Shown here one piece after another: positions 10,801-19,185 of a stretch of DNA of 64,000 bases. Origin of the DNA: a virus (lineage: Duplodnaviria; Caudoviricetes); IMG/VR virus record IMGVR_UViG_3300031857_000007; one strand, written 5' to 3'. The first letter of the stretch is position 1. Every line of letters begins with the position of its first letter. Both the position numbers and the translations under genes were made by a program. The notes below the pieces were generated by a model. The model was not told the origin of the DNA and did no database searches. It saw only the letters and a list, made by a program, of their open reading frames with translations.

Positions 10801-11774
10801 AAAGTTATAGAATCGCTTGGATTATTTGTAGAAATTCCTACAAATCCATTTGAAGACGCAGAAATTATGGTTCCGCCAACACCAACATTAAACGAACCTT
10901 GAACCGTTCCTATTCCAGAATAATTTAAATTGGTACCTCTAACATTTGAAATTGTACCTACACCAGAATAATTTAAATTAGTACCAGTTAATGTAGTTAT
11001 GATACCAGTATTTACAAATAAATTTGTGTTGTATAAAGTGGAAACATTTGAAACTGTAGAATATAAAGTTTCTATAGTACCAATTCCACTATAACTTATA
11101 TAAGTTCCACTTAAATTAGTTACAATACCTGTATTAATGTTTGAATATGTTGAGTTAAATGAAGCAATAGTGCCAATACCAGAATAATTTAAATTTAATC
11201 CTCTTACATGTTGAATTGTTGAATATTCACTATTAAATAATGGAATAGTTCCTATTCCAGCAACAGTAAAATTATTACCTACATTTAAATTTGTGCCTAT
11301 ATTTACACTTTTCTCTACACCCAATCCACCCTCAATTATTACAGCTCCAGTATCTTTGCTATAAGAATCTGCTGGATTTGTGAATGTTACAATTCCACTT
11401 AAAATTGGAATATTTGTTACCCAAGATAATGATCCGCTTCCATCATTAAGTAAAACGCTATTTGCTGTTCCTTGATCAGCTGGAAAATAATATGTTACTG
11501 CAGAACCAACAGCAGAAGGTGCAGCGAGAGTTATGTAATTTGAACCGTTTGTTGAAGCCTCTACAAGATTAATTCCACTGCCGCGTGTGCTTTCGTCTTC
11601 TCTTGTCCAATATCTATGAGATCCAAAGAATTTATTTCCAGATACAGTGGTATTAAAACCTACAAAAAGATCAAAGTTATTAAGAGAGAAAGCTGGTTCA
11701 CCGGGCTTTAATGCGGGAACTGTGCCACCAATCCCAGCATTGCCCCTTTTAAACCGAAGTAGTGATGAGGCCAT
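7818..11774 (-). CDS. Long repeat-rich tail fibre protein with Mtd_N-like N-terminus (1318 aa)
   Basis: N-terminal LRFKRG..VPALKPGEPAFSLNNFDLFVG is Mtd_N-like; extensive T/N/G repeats; C-terminal LTVSGNLYVNGSTTQVNTTSITVEDRTIELG fibre motif ending VDCGTY. Confidence 0.85.
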   Translation of the reverse strand: MASSLLRFKRGNAGIGGTVPALKPGEPAFSLNNFDLFVGFNTTVSGNKFFGSHRYWTREDESTRGSGINLVEASTNGSNYITLAAPSAVGSAVTYYFPADQGTANSVLLNDGSGSLSWVTNIPILSGIVTFTNPADSYSKDTGAVIIEGGLGVEKSVNIGTNLNVGNNFTVAGIGTIPLFNSEYSTIQHVRGLNLNYSGIGTIASFNSTYSNINTGIVTNLSGTYISYSGIGTIETLYSTVSNVSTLYNTNLFVNTGIITTLTGTNLNYSGVGTISNVRGTNLNYSGIGTVQGSFNVGVGGTIISASSNGFVGISTNNPSDSITLYKDTRIASYGSVAKLSVGRITDGSDSIPGSLFYPESGTVITNSTTGGYYLNNVGSPSWYVDYNGNQYNKGFVRVGPSTSITNIRLDPNGNISATGILTAFSVSIGSTQVISNERQLQNILSLDAITINTIETAVSNAPNTFTDLKISGISTFIGIATFASGIHVVSGISTLGVVTATDLTLVNLKVSGLGTITTLDSTTSNITNANIVSGVVTTLSGTTATYNTGNLTTLNATTGNIVTGVVTTISGTTANYNTGNFTTGNIVTGVVTTLSGTTANYNTGNLTTLNATTGNIVTGVVTTLSGTTATYNTGNLTTLNATTGNIVTGVVTTLSGTTATYNTGNLTTLNATTGNIVTGVVTTISGTTANYNTGNLTTLNATTGNIVTGVVTTLSGTTATYNTGNFTTGNIVTGVVTTISGTTATYTNSNITNLNVSGITTVTTLTGTNLNYSGIATLPTIDGTTADFVNLYSNTGIVTTLRGTNLNYSGVGTVSNLVGTNLNYSGVGTIPTLTGTNLNYSGIATLPTIDGTTADFTTVYSNVGIVTTLTGTNLNYSGVGTVSNLVGTNLNYSGVGTVANLVGTNLNYSGIATLPTIDGTTADFTTVYSNVGIITTLTGTNLNYSGIATLPTIDGTTADFVNLYSNIGIVTTLRGTNYSFIGVGTISTLNGTTLNFDLGNIYAATGDNLLYTGVSTISNIRGSNLNYSGIGTIETLTGTTLNYTVADITSLRGTNLNYSGISTATNLSGTTLNYTVADITSLRGTNLNYTGVSTATNLSGTTLNYTNSTITNATATNLNVSGIATVQNLFSTVGVVTNLSGTNISYSGIGTFGEVRSQYLKASDGTSAISISNSTGNVQTTSDLTVSGNLYVNGSTTQVNTTSITVEDRTIELGVVDGSAPSTTTTWDLGILFNYYQTSSKKSAFIWEQTDSRFKFGSQISESVGVGTTSPQITVSSYAPIEVSTIWINDCAGQSAIINCSGTERLLENITVDCGTY
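8450..9480 (-). repeat. Intragenic repeats GTNLNYSG(V/I)(G/A)T and GTNLNYSGIATLPTIDGTTADF (4 copies of the long unit)
   Basis: Seen directly in the translation and as near-identical DNA (ccatcaatagttggtaaagttgctattcc). Confidence 0.9.
9545..10175 (-). repeat. Intragenic tandem 30-aa (90-bp) and 25-aa units TT(L/I)SGTTA(T/N)YNTGN(LTTLNA/F)TTGNIVTGVV
   Basis: 90-bp DNA period visible (e.g. 9801-9840 vs 9891-9930); no charged residues in the units. Confidence 0.92.
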
Positions 11775-11792
11775 ATTATTCTATCTTTTAAA

Positions 11793-11799
11793 TATTTAT
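11793..11799 (-). promoter_or_regulatory. T4-type late promoter (ATAAATA)
   Basis: tatttat on + strand, 19 bp upstream of the 11774 start. Confidence 0.65.
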
Positions 11800-11802
11800 T
11801 GA

Positions 11803-12135
11803 CTAGAATACTCCACCATCTACATCAATGCGATTATCGAGATCTGCATCTAAAGTGTTTAAGAAATCTTCTGGTAAACCGGGTTGCACACTTGCTGTAG
11901 TTGAAGCTGCAGAAAGAACTCCATCGGGGTCAACAATTGTAAATTTATTCAATACACTATCATATACTACTACATAACTATTTTTGTTTGAATTTGGATT
12001 GTCCTTAGATATTCCTGGAAAAGATACATCCAACAATTCCTGAAAGTAATTTGAAGCCATGGCTTTTTCTCTGGTTACCTTAAACCCGGATGTTTTATTA
12101 AATTTTACATTATATGACATGCTTCCTATAGTCAT
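11803..12135 (-). CDS. Hypothetical virion-associated protein (up to 110 aa; start uncertain)
   Basis: ORF overlaps the upstream stop; YVVVYDSVLNKF and C-terminal IDVDGGVF resemble fibre-adaptor motifs. Confidence 0.6.
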   Translation of the reverse strand: MTIGSMSYNVKFNKTSGFKVTREKAMASNYFQELLDVSFPGISKDNPNSNKNSYVVVYDSVLNKFTIVDPDGVLSAASTTASVQPGLPEDFLNTLDADLDNRIDVDGGVF

Positions 12136-12470
12136 TATGCAGATACCGTTGGTGATACTAGGGCCATTCCTTCAATAACTCTTGTTTTTTGTCCATATCC
12201 AGTAGATATAATTACAATATCATAATAGTTTCTTCCCTCAGATAACTCGCTAGTTATTGTACTGCCCATGGATATGAGTATTTTACCAATTGCAGGTGTA
12301 ATAGAAACTGAAAAGGACTTTGAAATTGTTGATGAAGGAAATTTTTTTATTTTTGCCACGGCAGTATATCCAGATAAATTGAATGCAGATCCGTCTGGAT
12401 TTGATATTGTGAATGAATTTTCAAAGTCAACACCTTTTTCTATTGTAATATTGACTGCTGGTACTGCCAT
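12135..12470 (-). CDS. Beta-sandwich virion protein (BppU/LtfC-like fibre adaptor, 111 aa)
   Basis: NITIEKGVDFENSFTISNPDGSAFNLSGYTAVAKIKK...GRNYYDIVI...RVIEG pattern typical of this family. Confidence 0.65.
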   Translation of the reverse strand: MAVPAVNITIEKGVDFENSFTISNPDGSAFNLSGYTAVAKIKKFPSSTISKSFSVSITPAIGKILISMGSTITSELSEGRNYYDIVIISTGYGQKTRVIEGMALVSPTVSA

Positions 12471-12482
12471 TTGTTTTTTTAA

Positions 12483-12932
12483 TTATTTATCATCATCTTC
12501 TTTGGATCTTTTCTTTAACAACTTTGATAACTCTGCGGTAGATCCAACAAACAATGCGTTTGTGACATTTGTTGGTCCATTTGGTTGTTTAACCTGTTCT
12601 ATATCTTTTAATTTCTTTTGCAAATCCATTAATTTGTCTGTTGCGTCCGCAACATTTTTTATCAATTGACCAGCAACTTCATATGCTCGTGCTTGTTCAG
12701 TTTCTTGAGCTAATTCTAAAATTCCATTTATTGCTTCTTGTCCTTTTTCAATAATAGAATACAAATTTCCTCTAGTATATTCATAATCTTTTTTTACATC
12801 ATTGGAAAAGGATTCTATCTTCTTTTCCTTATCAATTTGTATTGAATTATCAACTTCTACATCAACATGTACAATTTCGTCCGAAACGTTGAATGTATTA
12901 TTTAAATCTTCAAATTTTTTTGTCATTTTCAT
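12483..12932 (-). CDS. gp16: Terminase small subunit (start may be the second Met, 12926)
   Basis: KDYEYTRGNLYSIIEKGQEAINGILELAQE..ARAYEVAGQLIKNVAD and TNALFVGSTAELSKLLK match cyanophage gp16; lies directly after gp15. Confidence 0.88.
   Translation of the reverse strand: MKMTKKFEDLNNTFNVSDEIVHVDVEVDNSIQIDKEKKIESFSNDVKKDYEYTRGNLYSIIEKGQEAINGILELAQETEQARAYEVAGQLIKNVADATDKLMDLQKKLKDIEQVKQPNGPTNVTNALFVGSTAELSKLLKKRSKEDDDK
12484..12490 (-). promoter_or_regulatory. T4-type late promoter (ATAAATA)
   Basis: tatttat on + strand, overlapping the gp16 stop, 14 bp upstream of the 12470 start. Confidence 0.6.
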
Positions 12933-12933
12933 T

Positions 12934-13938
12934 TTATGCTATCGAATCGCTAAATCCAAAATCATCTCCAACTTCAATTAAAGCATTATCTGCTTGAGTA
13001 ATTTTGTTTATAACAGATCCAAGAACATGTGGAGATGCAATTGTTGAATCTGATCCACGTACAACTTTTAATGTATTTCCAGTAATAGATTTTACATACA
13101 TCTCTTCTTGATCAATTGTTATGTAATCTCCTTCGGATATGGAAGAAGAACTCTCAACATTTATGGAAGTTTGATCTGATGTAATATCCTGGGACAAATT
13201 GGTTATACTATTGTTTGTATAACTCTGTGTTGCTCTAGGTTCAACCGCATAAGTAATTTCTCTTGTAGGAGTTTTTGTAGTATCTCCTGCAACATATCCA
13301 ATAGAAACTTTTTTGATAATATCTGAAGAAACTGAAGTAGAAACTGGTCCAAACAAATAAGTTTTTGCAGTAAATCTTAACGTATAGATCAAAACCCTTC
13401 TTGAAGAGTAATCGCCTTCATAATTATCTTGCATTTGAATTCCTTCGAATACGATAGGAATATCCCTTTTTTCTCCAATTTCATCTACTAAATCTATAGA
13501 CAAATTATATGAAGGTTGAAAATATGGTAAAATTTGTTCCACTATTTGTAACATATCATCGTTTAATCTTGTAAATATACTCAATTCAAAATACAAGTTA
13601 TATGGAACTGGCATATATGCCTTTCTTTTATCACTTTGATTTGAAGCGGAACTTGTTAAAAATGTTTGAACCGTAGATACTTTTCTTGCAGAATCATATG
13701 ATATGCCATTAAGTTCAAATGACATTCTTGGCACGGTAATTTGTATTGGCTTGTTTAGATCAGGAACTTGCTCAAGCCTTGCTAAGAATTTTTGTGTCGG
13801 ACCATATGCAAGAGGTACTTTAATCAAACTTACTGTTTGATCTTGGTCATTTTTATGTTTTATTCTTATTTCGTTAAATATTGATCCGAATCCGATGATT
13901 GTTTTTCTTAGAATCTCGTGATAAAAATATTCAAACAT
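12934..13938 (-). CDS. gp15: Tail sheath stabiliser/tail completion protein
   Basis: YFYHEILRKTIIGFGSIFN, VPLAYGPTQKFLARL, PRMSFE, QIVEQILPYFQP motifs; T4 synteny 13-14-15-16. Confidence 0.95.
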   Translation of the reverse strand: MFEYFYHEILRKTIIGFGSIFNEIRIKHKNDQDQTVSLIKVPLAYGPTQKFLARLEQVPDLNKPIQITVPRMSFELNGISYDSARKVSTVQTFLTSSASNQSDKRKAYMPVPYNLYFELSIFTRLNDDMLQIVEQILPYFQPSYNLSIDLVDEIGEKRDIPIVFEGIQMQDNYEGDYSSRRVLIYTLRFTAKTYLFGPVSTSVSSDIIKKVSIGYVAGDTTKTPTREITYAVEPRATQSYTNNSITNLSQDITSDQTSINVESSSSISEGDYITIDQEEMYVKSITGNTLKVVRGSDSTIASPHVLGSVINKITQADNALIEVGDDFGFSDSIA

Positions 13939-13987
13939 TTTTTGTTCTCTTACTTATTAATGATTTGAAATCATTATAATTGTAACC

Positions 13988-13995
13988 TATTTATA
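13988..13995 (-). promoter_or_regulatory. T4 late promoter, perfect TATAAATA
   Basis: tatttata on + strand, 50 bp upstream of gp15. Confidence 0.75.
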
Positions 13996-14004
13996 CTAAT
14001 AAAA

Positions 14005-15393
14005 TTATGCTTCTCCAAAAGGATTTGTTTCAGTAAAATCAAAAATATTATCTGATTCGGATTCTATTTCTTCATTCTGTGCATATGGATCACTAAATTC
14101 ATCTATTGGTGCATTGCTTACCTTATATGAAGCATTGCTCGTAGACCCAACTATCAATTCTCCCAGTTTAAATGTGCCAGTAACATTAGAAATTTTTAAT
14201 TTAGATGTAGTAGAATTCCATTCCCTAACTATCGCTTTAGTTCCACTAATACTGCCAATTATTTCTTCATTAAATGTATAAGTTCCAACCCCTACCATAT
14301 CTGGAGAGGAGAATGTTATTGTTGGATTTGAAGCATATCCAGTACCTCCGTCTCTTATTCTTATTGAGGTTATCTTTCCAGAAGAATCTATTACTGCAAT
14401 AGCTTTAGCTGTAACTCCTGTACCAACTGGTCCACTTATAGTAACCGTAGGTGCAGTAGAATATCCAGATCCACCAGAAACTAAGGTCACAATACCAACA
14501 ATTCCATTTCCTATTGTCGTGGTTGCAGCTGCTCCAACTCCACCACCACCAACAAATACAACGTTTGGTGCTACCGTATATCCTGCACCTGCATTGATAA
14601 TATCAACACCTTGAACTCGTAATGATTTAGATCCATTGCAATTTACAATATTTCCTATCATTGTTGCAATTCCAGTTGCATTGACACCACCCTGAGCAGC
14701 TGGAACCGCTGAAGATATTGCCACAATTGGAACACTTGTATAACCTTCTCCCCTATTAGTCACAGTTATGGATCTTAGTCCTCCATTAACAATATGTGCA
14801 GTTGCCACAGGAGTTGATCCTACACCAACCAAAGATAAAGTTTGAATCTGTCCATATTCGACAATATTATTATCTAATTCTTCTATGCCAGTATCGATAA
14901 TTTCGTCTTCGTATATAAACAGTTCACAAGTTAATTCATAGACATAATTTTTTTGTAATTGGTAGAATGGCTTTTCATGCTCTACAAATTTTATTTCAAA
15001 TAATCTATCACCTAAAGGAAAATAAACTAAATCACCTTCTTTAGGTCTTGTTGAAAGTTCAATATTTGGTTGACCATTAATTAATGGTGTAATGTAAGAT
15101 TCGAATCTTTCCTTTGAAATTACGAGGGATAATTCATTAATTGGCTGGACACCAAATTTTGACAATAAAGTTCCTGGTCCACCATATCCGTCATATGTAT
15201 TTACATAAGCTTCCAAAGGATATGCACTAGTAAATTCTGATTCTATTAATTCCTTTATGATTGATTTTTTTGTTATATATTTTCTGGGAACATAGTATAT
15301 TTCCACACCATACATTCTTAGTTGCTCATTTATGAGATCTTGTATTAGACCTTGCTCACTTGCCGAACCTTGAAGAAAAAATGGATTTAACAT
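14005..15393 (-). CDS. gp14: Neck protein gp14 with inserted GGSGYxxAPTVT virion repeats (462 aa)
   Basis: MLNPFFLQGSASEQGLIQDLINEQLRMYG, RPKEGDLVYFP, FEIKFVEHEKPFYQL, C-terminal DFTETNPFGE. Confidence 0.95.
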   Translation of the reverse strand: MLNPFFLQGSASEQGLIQDLINEQLRMYGVEIYYVPRKYITKKSIIKELIESEFTSAYPLEAYVNTYDGYGGPGTLLSKFGVQPINELSLVISKERFESYITPLINGQPNIELSTRPKEGDLVYFPLGDRLFEIKFVEHEKPFYQLQKNYVYELTCELFIYEDEIIDTGIEELDNNIVEYGQIQTLSLVGVGSTPVATAHIVNGGLRSITVTNRGEGYTSVPIVAISSAVPAAQGGVNATGIATMIGNIVNCNGSKSLRVQGVDIINAGAGYTVAPNVVFVGGGGVGAAATTTIGNGIVGIVTLVSGGSGYSTAPTVTISGPVGTGVTAKAIAVIDSSGKITSIRIRDGGTGYASNPTITFSSPDMVGVGTYTFNEEIIGSISGTKAIVREWNSTTSKLKISNVTGTFKLGELIVGSTSNASYKVSNAPIDEFSDPYAQNEEIESESDNIFDFTETNPFGEA

Positions 15394-15399
15394 ATAACA

Positions 15400-16239
15400 T
15401 TAACCTACCATATCTAAAGGAGGTAATTCGTATGTACTTGACATTTTATCCATTAGAACATCAATCTCTCTCTGAGCGTCGTCATATATCTGCCTACCAT
15501 TCAATTCTACTCCACCTGGCAATTTAACACCTTGGAACTTAATCAAATTCTGCCCCCACTGCTTTTTAATTAATGAAGTCAAATATGGTTTGAGGAAAGA
15601 ATCATTCCAAACCCTACTATAATCGTTAGGATCTAGTGTGGTGTAACAATCAATAACAAAAAATGTATCTGGACTAACACTTGACCAATCTATATCCAAA
15701 TATAATCTGTCTTGTCTTTTATTAAATCTTATCTGTTTTTGAGTTGTCAATAACCAATTCAAATCTTCAAGATAAGTTTTGACCATTGCATAACTCAAAA
15801 GTTCTGTTGTTCCCCAATAATAAATATCATTTAAAAATAATTGATATTTAACACTAAACATATTGTGGGTTATAGTGTTGGCACCGTCAAAATGGAAAAT
15901 TTTATTGACACCTATTACAGACGGAGGAATTTGTAAATAATTGCTATTTTCATAATAAGTAAATGTCGTTGCAGTACCAACTATATTTGTTGTTGCACTT
16001 GTACTTGCAACTCCAACACCACCAACTTTTGCTCTTCCTCGATCAATATCATTTTGATTGACTTTATATTTAAAAAACGTAGGATAAACGCCGTCAAAAT
16101 GTCTTTCTTGGAAAAACTGTATCGCATCATCTACTAGGTCTTCAATTTGTTCATCCGCAACGTTAATTTCCAAAACAGGATAACCTAGTTTTCTCTTGCA
16201 ATAATCAATTAATTCTTGTCTGCTGGTTGGTTGTGCCAT
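15400..16239 (-). CDS. gp13: Neck protein gp13
   Basis: SRQELIDYCKRKLGYPVLEINV, IKKQWGQNLIKFQGVKLPGGVELNGRQIYDDA. Confidence 0.95.
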   Translation of the reverse strand: MAQPTSRQELIDYCKRKLGYPVLEINVADEQIEDLVDDAIQFFQERHFDGVYPTFFKYKVNQNDIDRGRAKVGGVGVASTSATTNIVGTATTFTYYENSNYLQIPPSVIGVNKIFHFDGANTITHNMFSVKYQLFLNDIYYWGTTELLSYAMVKTYLEDLNWLLTTQKQIRFNKRQDRLYLDIDWSSVSPDTFFVIDCYTTLDPNDYSRVWNDSFLKPYLTSLIKKQWGQNLIKFQGVKLPGGVELNGRQIYDDAQREIDVLMDKMSSTYELPPLDMVG

Positions 16240-16242
16240 TTT

Positions 16243-16407
16243 CTATAAGTTACAAACGACCTCTTGTTGTTTTAGATATAATTTTAAATAGCACTTAAGC
16301 ATTAATTTTACTTTTTCAATATCCTCTATACTATCTATCTCTCTACACATTTTCTCATATTCAAACAACTTGGTAATATTTTCTAATTCAATTGTACTAG
16401 GATCCAT
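16243..16407 (-). CDS. 54-aa helical protein, possibly NblA-like (not in the ORF track)
   Basis: Hand translation MDPSTIELENITKLFEYEKMCREIDSIEDIEKVKLMLKCYLKLYLKQQEVVCNL; the start overlaps the upstream ORF end and the stop lies 3 bp before gp13. NblA likeness judged by eye only. Confidence 0.55.
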   Translation of the reverse strand: MDPSTIELENITKLFEYEKMCREIDSIEDIEKVKLMLKCYLKLYLKQQEVVCNL

Positions 16408-16621
16408 TTAAAAATCTCCTTAATAAACCTTTAATTTCTTCAAGATCTGTTTTTATAGAATTGACATCCTCCTCAAGATTTTTTATTTTTTGTGATTCTA
16501 ACTCTTTTAATGCTTTTTGTTGCAAATAAGTATGATATTCGGAAATATTTGTATTTAGAATAGCGCCACTATTTTCATCTCTCACATAACTTGCATTTTC
16601 TTTTACTTTTATGTGCGTCAT
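16397..16621 (-). CDS. Conserved cyanophage coiled-coil hypothetical protein (74 aa)
   Basis: YVRDENSGAILNTN...LEEDVNSIKTDLEEIKGLL; typical neighbour upstream of gp13. Confidence 0.75.
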   Translation of the reverse strand: MTHIKVKENASYVRDENSGAILNTNISEYHTYLQQKALKELESQKIKNLEEDVNSIKTDLEEIKGLLRRFLNGS

Positions 16622-16623
16622 AA

Positions 16624-19128
16624 TTAGGCAAGTGCAATAACTCTTAATTGTCTAAATCTTGGAGGGTATGTTTGATTTGTTGAAGTTCCTATTAACTTAA
16701 CACTAAAATATCTAAATGCCGGTAATTGGTCTATAGTAAATTCATGCTCAATAAATTCAAGTTGATTGGCAAAAAATCCTCTTTTAGTGCTTTTTGGTCT
16801 TTTTCTGTCCGGTCTTCCACTATTTTTTGATGTATCGACAACTTTTTTGATAGTTTCTGGACTTGGAGAAATTGAAGTTTCTCCGACTATTGATAGATTG
16901 TCATATCCTGGGAATGGATAATAAATCAGTTCTTCTTTTGGATCGTTAGCAATTGCAAATAAAGCCCTTATATCACTATCCACATTTACATATGCATTTA
17001 CATATAATTTAATGGAAGTTGCTGGAGTTTCTAGTGAAATTGGTTTCGTTGCATATACAAATGCGGTTGGATCATCTTTAAGAGTAGACACTCTCTCATC
17101 TTCTACATAATCTTCAATGACATTATTAATTCTATTAGACGTTAAAATCATACCAGATCTATGAAGATCTATAACTGGAGAAATATAAGTATTTGCTGTC
17201 AATAGTCTCATATTTAAAGTAAATGATTTTTTGCCTGGCAGTGTAGACAGTTTACTATTTTCATTTACTTTAGAGCATATTAATCTTGGCGAATTTAAAT
17301 AATTGTTCGCATTTAAATTAATTTCTTCAAAACCCTGATCTGAGAAAGACTCTTCATTTCCGCTTACACTTGTTCCACTAACAGTTCTTATTGAAGCATT
17401 TATTTTAGTTCCATTAAGAGTTAATGTTTCGATATTTGGTCTAATAATTTCATATTGTATATTTTGTGATGCATTAACTCTAGATCCACCTGCAGATTTT
17501 GTTTCATTCAAATATAACTTAGGAAAACTTGCTCCTGTAGATCTATCAATGCCATTAGAACTAGTATCTATTTTTATATGATAATGATCAAGTCCTATAG
17601 ATTCACTAACAGTAGAGTCGCCAAGACTATGATCTTTATTAATCCTCCTCAATGAAACTGATCCAAGTTCATATTTGTATATTTGAGTTCCTGTTGTATA
17701 AGAAGACGCAACGGTTTGGTCAACGGATCTTGTTATTCCAGTTAAAGCGCCAGTAGAAGTTCCTGAGTATGAAATAATTTCATCTCCAATTCTTGCGTAT
17801 CCTAAATTGGATGTTCCAACTCCAACATTTTCAAATGTACCAAATACTGATTCATCTTCGACTAAGATATCTGCAGTTGAAGATAGATCATAATTTGCCA
17901 TTAATTTTGACGGAATTGTATCTGGCAAAACATTTGAAATCGAAACAGTATTTGTAGGTGAGTGCATTCCATGATTTTTGTGATTTACTTTAATATGTAA
18001 ACCATCACTTTGAAGTTCGATTGTACTTGCAAGAACGTTAGATCCCGTTGCCTTTAGATCCGTAGTTATTCCAGAATTATTTACATACTGCAAAGTATTT
18101 CCTACACCAGTCAAAAATTCTCCTTGAACCTGGTCTACGATAAGTTCATTAATTCCTGATAGAGAACTTACCGATAATCTAATATTTCTTCCTAATGTAT
18201 CATTTCCAATTTGATTTGCGGTTAGGATATCACCAACAATATATCCTGTTCCGCCAGATTGAATTGTTGCAGCAACAGCAACACCATTAGATATATGAAT
18301 ATTTGCTGTCGCATTTTTGCCGGTACCAGTCACACTAGTTAAAGCTACTCCAGCAAAAGTTCTATTTCCCGAAGACGGTGTATATCCAATTCCAGCATTT
18401 ACAATTGTTAAATTTCCACTGCAAGATCCTGCATATCCAACATAATTAGCAGTTACACTAGAATTTCTTTGGACAATTGTATTTCCTAGTGTTGGTAGAT
18501 CACTTGTCGATAAAGTTGTCCCCAATCCAACTTTAACTTTCCTCGAATTTAAAAATAGTGGTCTTTTTACTAATCTTGCTACTTCTCCATTTCCTGTAGA
18601 TAAATCTGGATTGTAAAAATTTACATCTCCAATTACACCAAAACTAGCTCTATAAAGTTTGAACTTTAAATCGTCAAAATCACTTGGATTCCAAGTTATT
18701 CCATTTTGTGATTTAAAAATAGAACCAGAAAGAGGTTGTTTTGTTACTACAATTTGTTTAGATTCTAGTTGAGTTTGTGACTCGGTATCAATCTCTCCCA
18801 ATCTAGATAACCAGACTAGATACTCACTTGAGTTTGATAACAAACATATACAATGAAATTCTGATCCAGATAGATAAATCGGTGACTTGAATGTTACTCG
18901 CGTGGCCACTGATCCATCGTCGGATACATTTACATCTTTAGGATCTACTACAATCTCACTAAATGGATATACTTTATTCGATGGAAACCCCAAATTCATT
19001 GGTCTCAATTGAACCGTTACTGGAAGTTCCGGATCTTTGGAGAAAAAATAAAGATCAACAGAAGTTACAAATATTCCACTCTTTGGCTCTACATAAAAAG
19101 ATTGTGCTAATGGATCTACTAGTTTCAT
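16624..19128 (-). CDS. DUF4815/VrlC-like baseplate-associated protein, C-terminal part (834 aa)
   Basis: Begins MKLVDPLAQSFYV..GIFVTSVDLYFFSKD; GSIFKSQNGITW..DDLKFKLYRASF; ends FSVKLIGTSTNQTYPPRFRQLRVIALA. Confidence 0.85.
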   Translation of the reverse strand: MKLVDPLAQSFYVEPKSGIFVTSVDLYFFSKDPELPVTVQLRPMNLGFPSNKVYPFSEIVVDPKDVNVSDDGSVATRVTFKSPIYLSGSEFHCICLLSNSSEYLVWLSRLGEIDTESQTQLESKQIVVTKQPLSGSIFKSQNGITWNPSDFDDLKFKLYRASFGVIGDVNFYNPDLSTGNGEVARLVKRPLFLNSRKVKVGLGTTLSTSDLPTLGNTIVQRNSSVTANYVGYAGSCSGNLTIVNAGIGYTPSSGNRTFAGVALTSVTGTGKNATANIHISNGVAVAATIQSGGTGYIVGDILTANQIGNDTLGRNIRLSVSSLSGINELIVDQVQGEFLTGVGNTLQYVNNSGITTDLKATGSNVLASTIELQSDGLHIKVNHKNHGMHSPTNTVSISNVLPDTIPSKLMANYDLSSTADILVEDESVFGTFENVGVGTSNLGYARIGDEIISYSGTSTGALTGITRSVDQTVASSYTTGTQIYKYELGSVSLRRINKDHSLGDSTVSESIGLDHYHIKIDTSSNGIDRSTGASFPKLYLNETKSAGGSRVNASQNIQYEIIRPNIETLTLNGTKINASIRTVSGTSVSGNEESFSDQGFEEINLNANNYLNSPRLICSKVNENSKLSTLPGKKSFTLNMRLLTANTYISPVIDLHRSGMILTSNRINNVIEDYVEDERVSTLKDDPTAFVYATKPISLETPATSIKLYVNAYVNVDSDIRALFAIANDPKEELIYYPFPGYDNLSIVGETSISPSPETIKKVVDTSKNSGRPDRKRPKSTKRGFFANQLEFIEHEFTIDQLPAFRYFSVKLIGTSTNQTYPPRFRQLRVIALA

Positions 19129-19170
19129 TTTTTTATCTGTTGATTTTTACTCAAGTTTATTACTATTAAT

Positions 19171-19177
19171 TATTTAT
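19171..19177 (-). promoter_or_regulatory. T4-type late promoter (ATAAATA) for the DUF4815 C-terminal ORF
   Basis: tatttat on + strand between the SET stop (19186) and the 19128 start. Confidence 0.6.
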
Positions 19178-19185
19178 TTTTCTAG

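Noticed and set aside
5993-11774. Diversity-generating retroelement, suggested by the Mtd_N-like domains
   Set aside because: No reverse transcriptase, Avd or adenine-specific TR/VR pair was seen in the window; Mtd_N is only an attachment domain.
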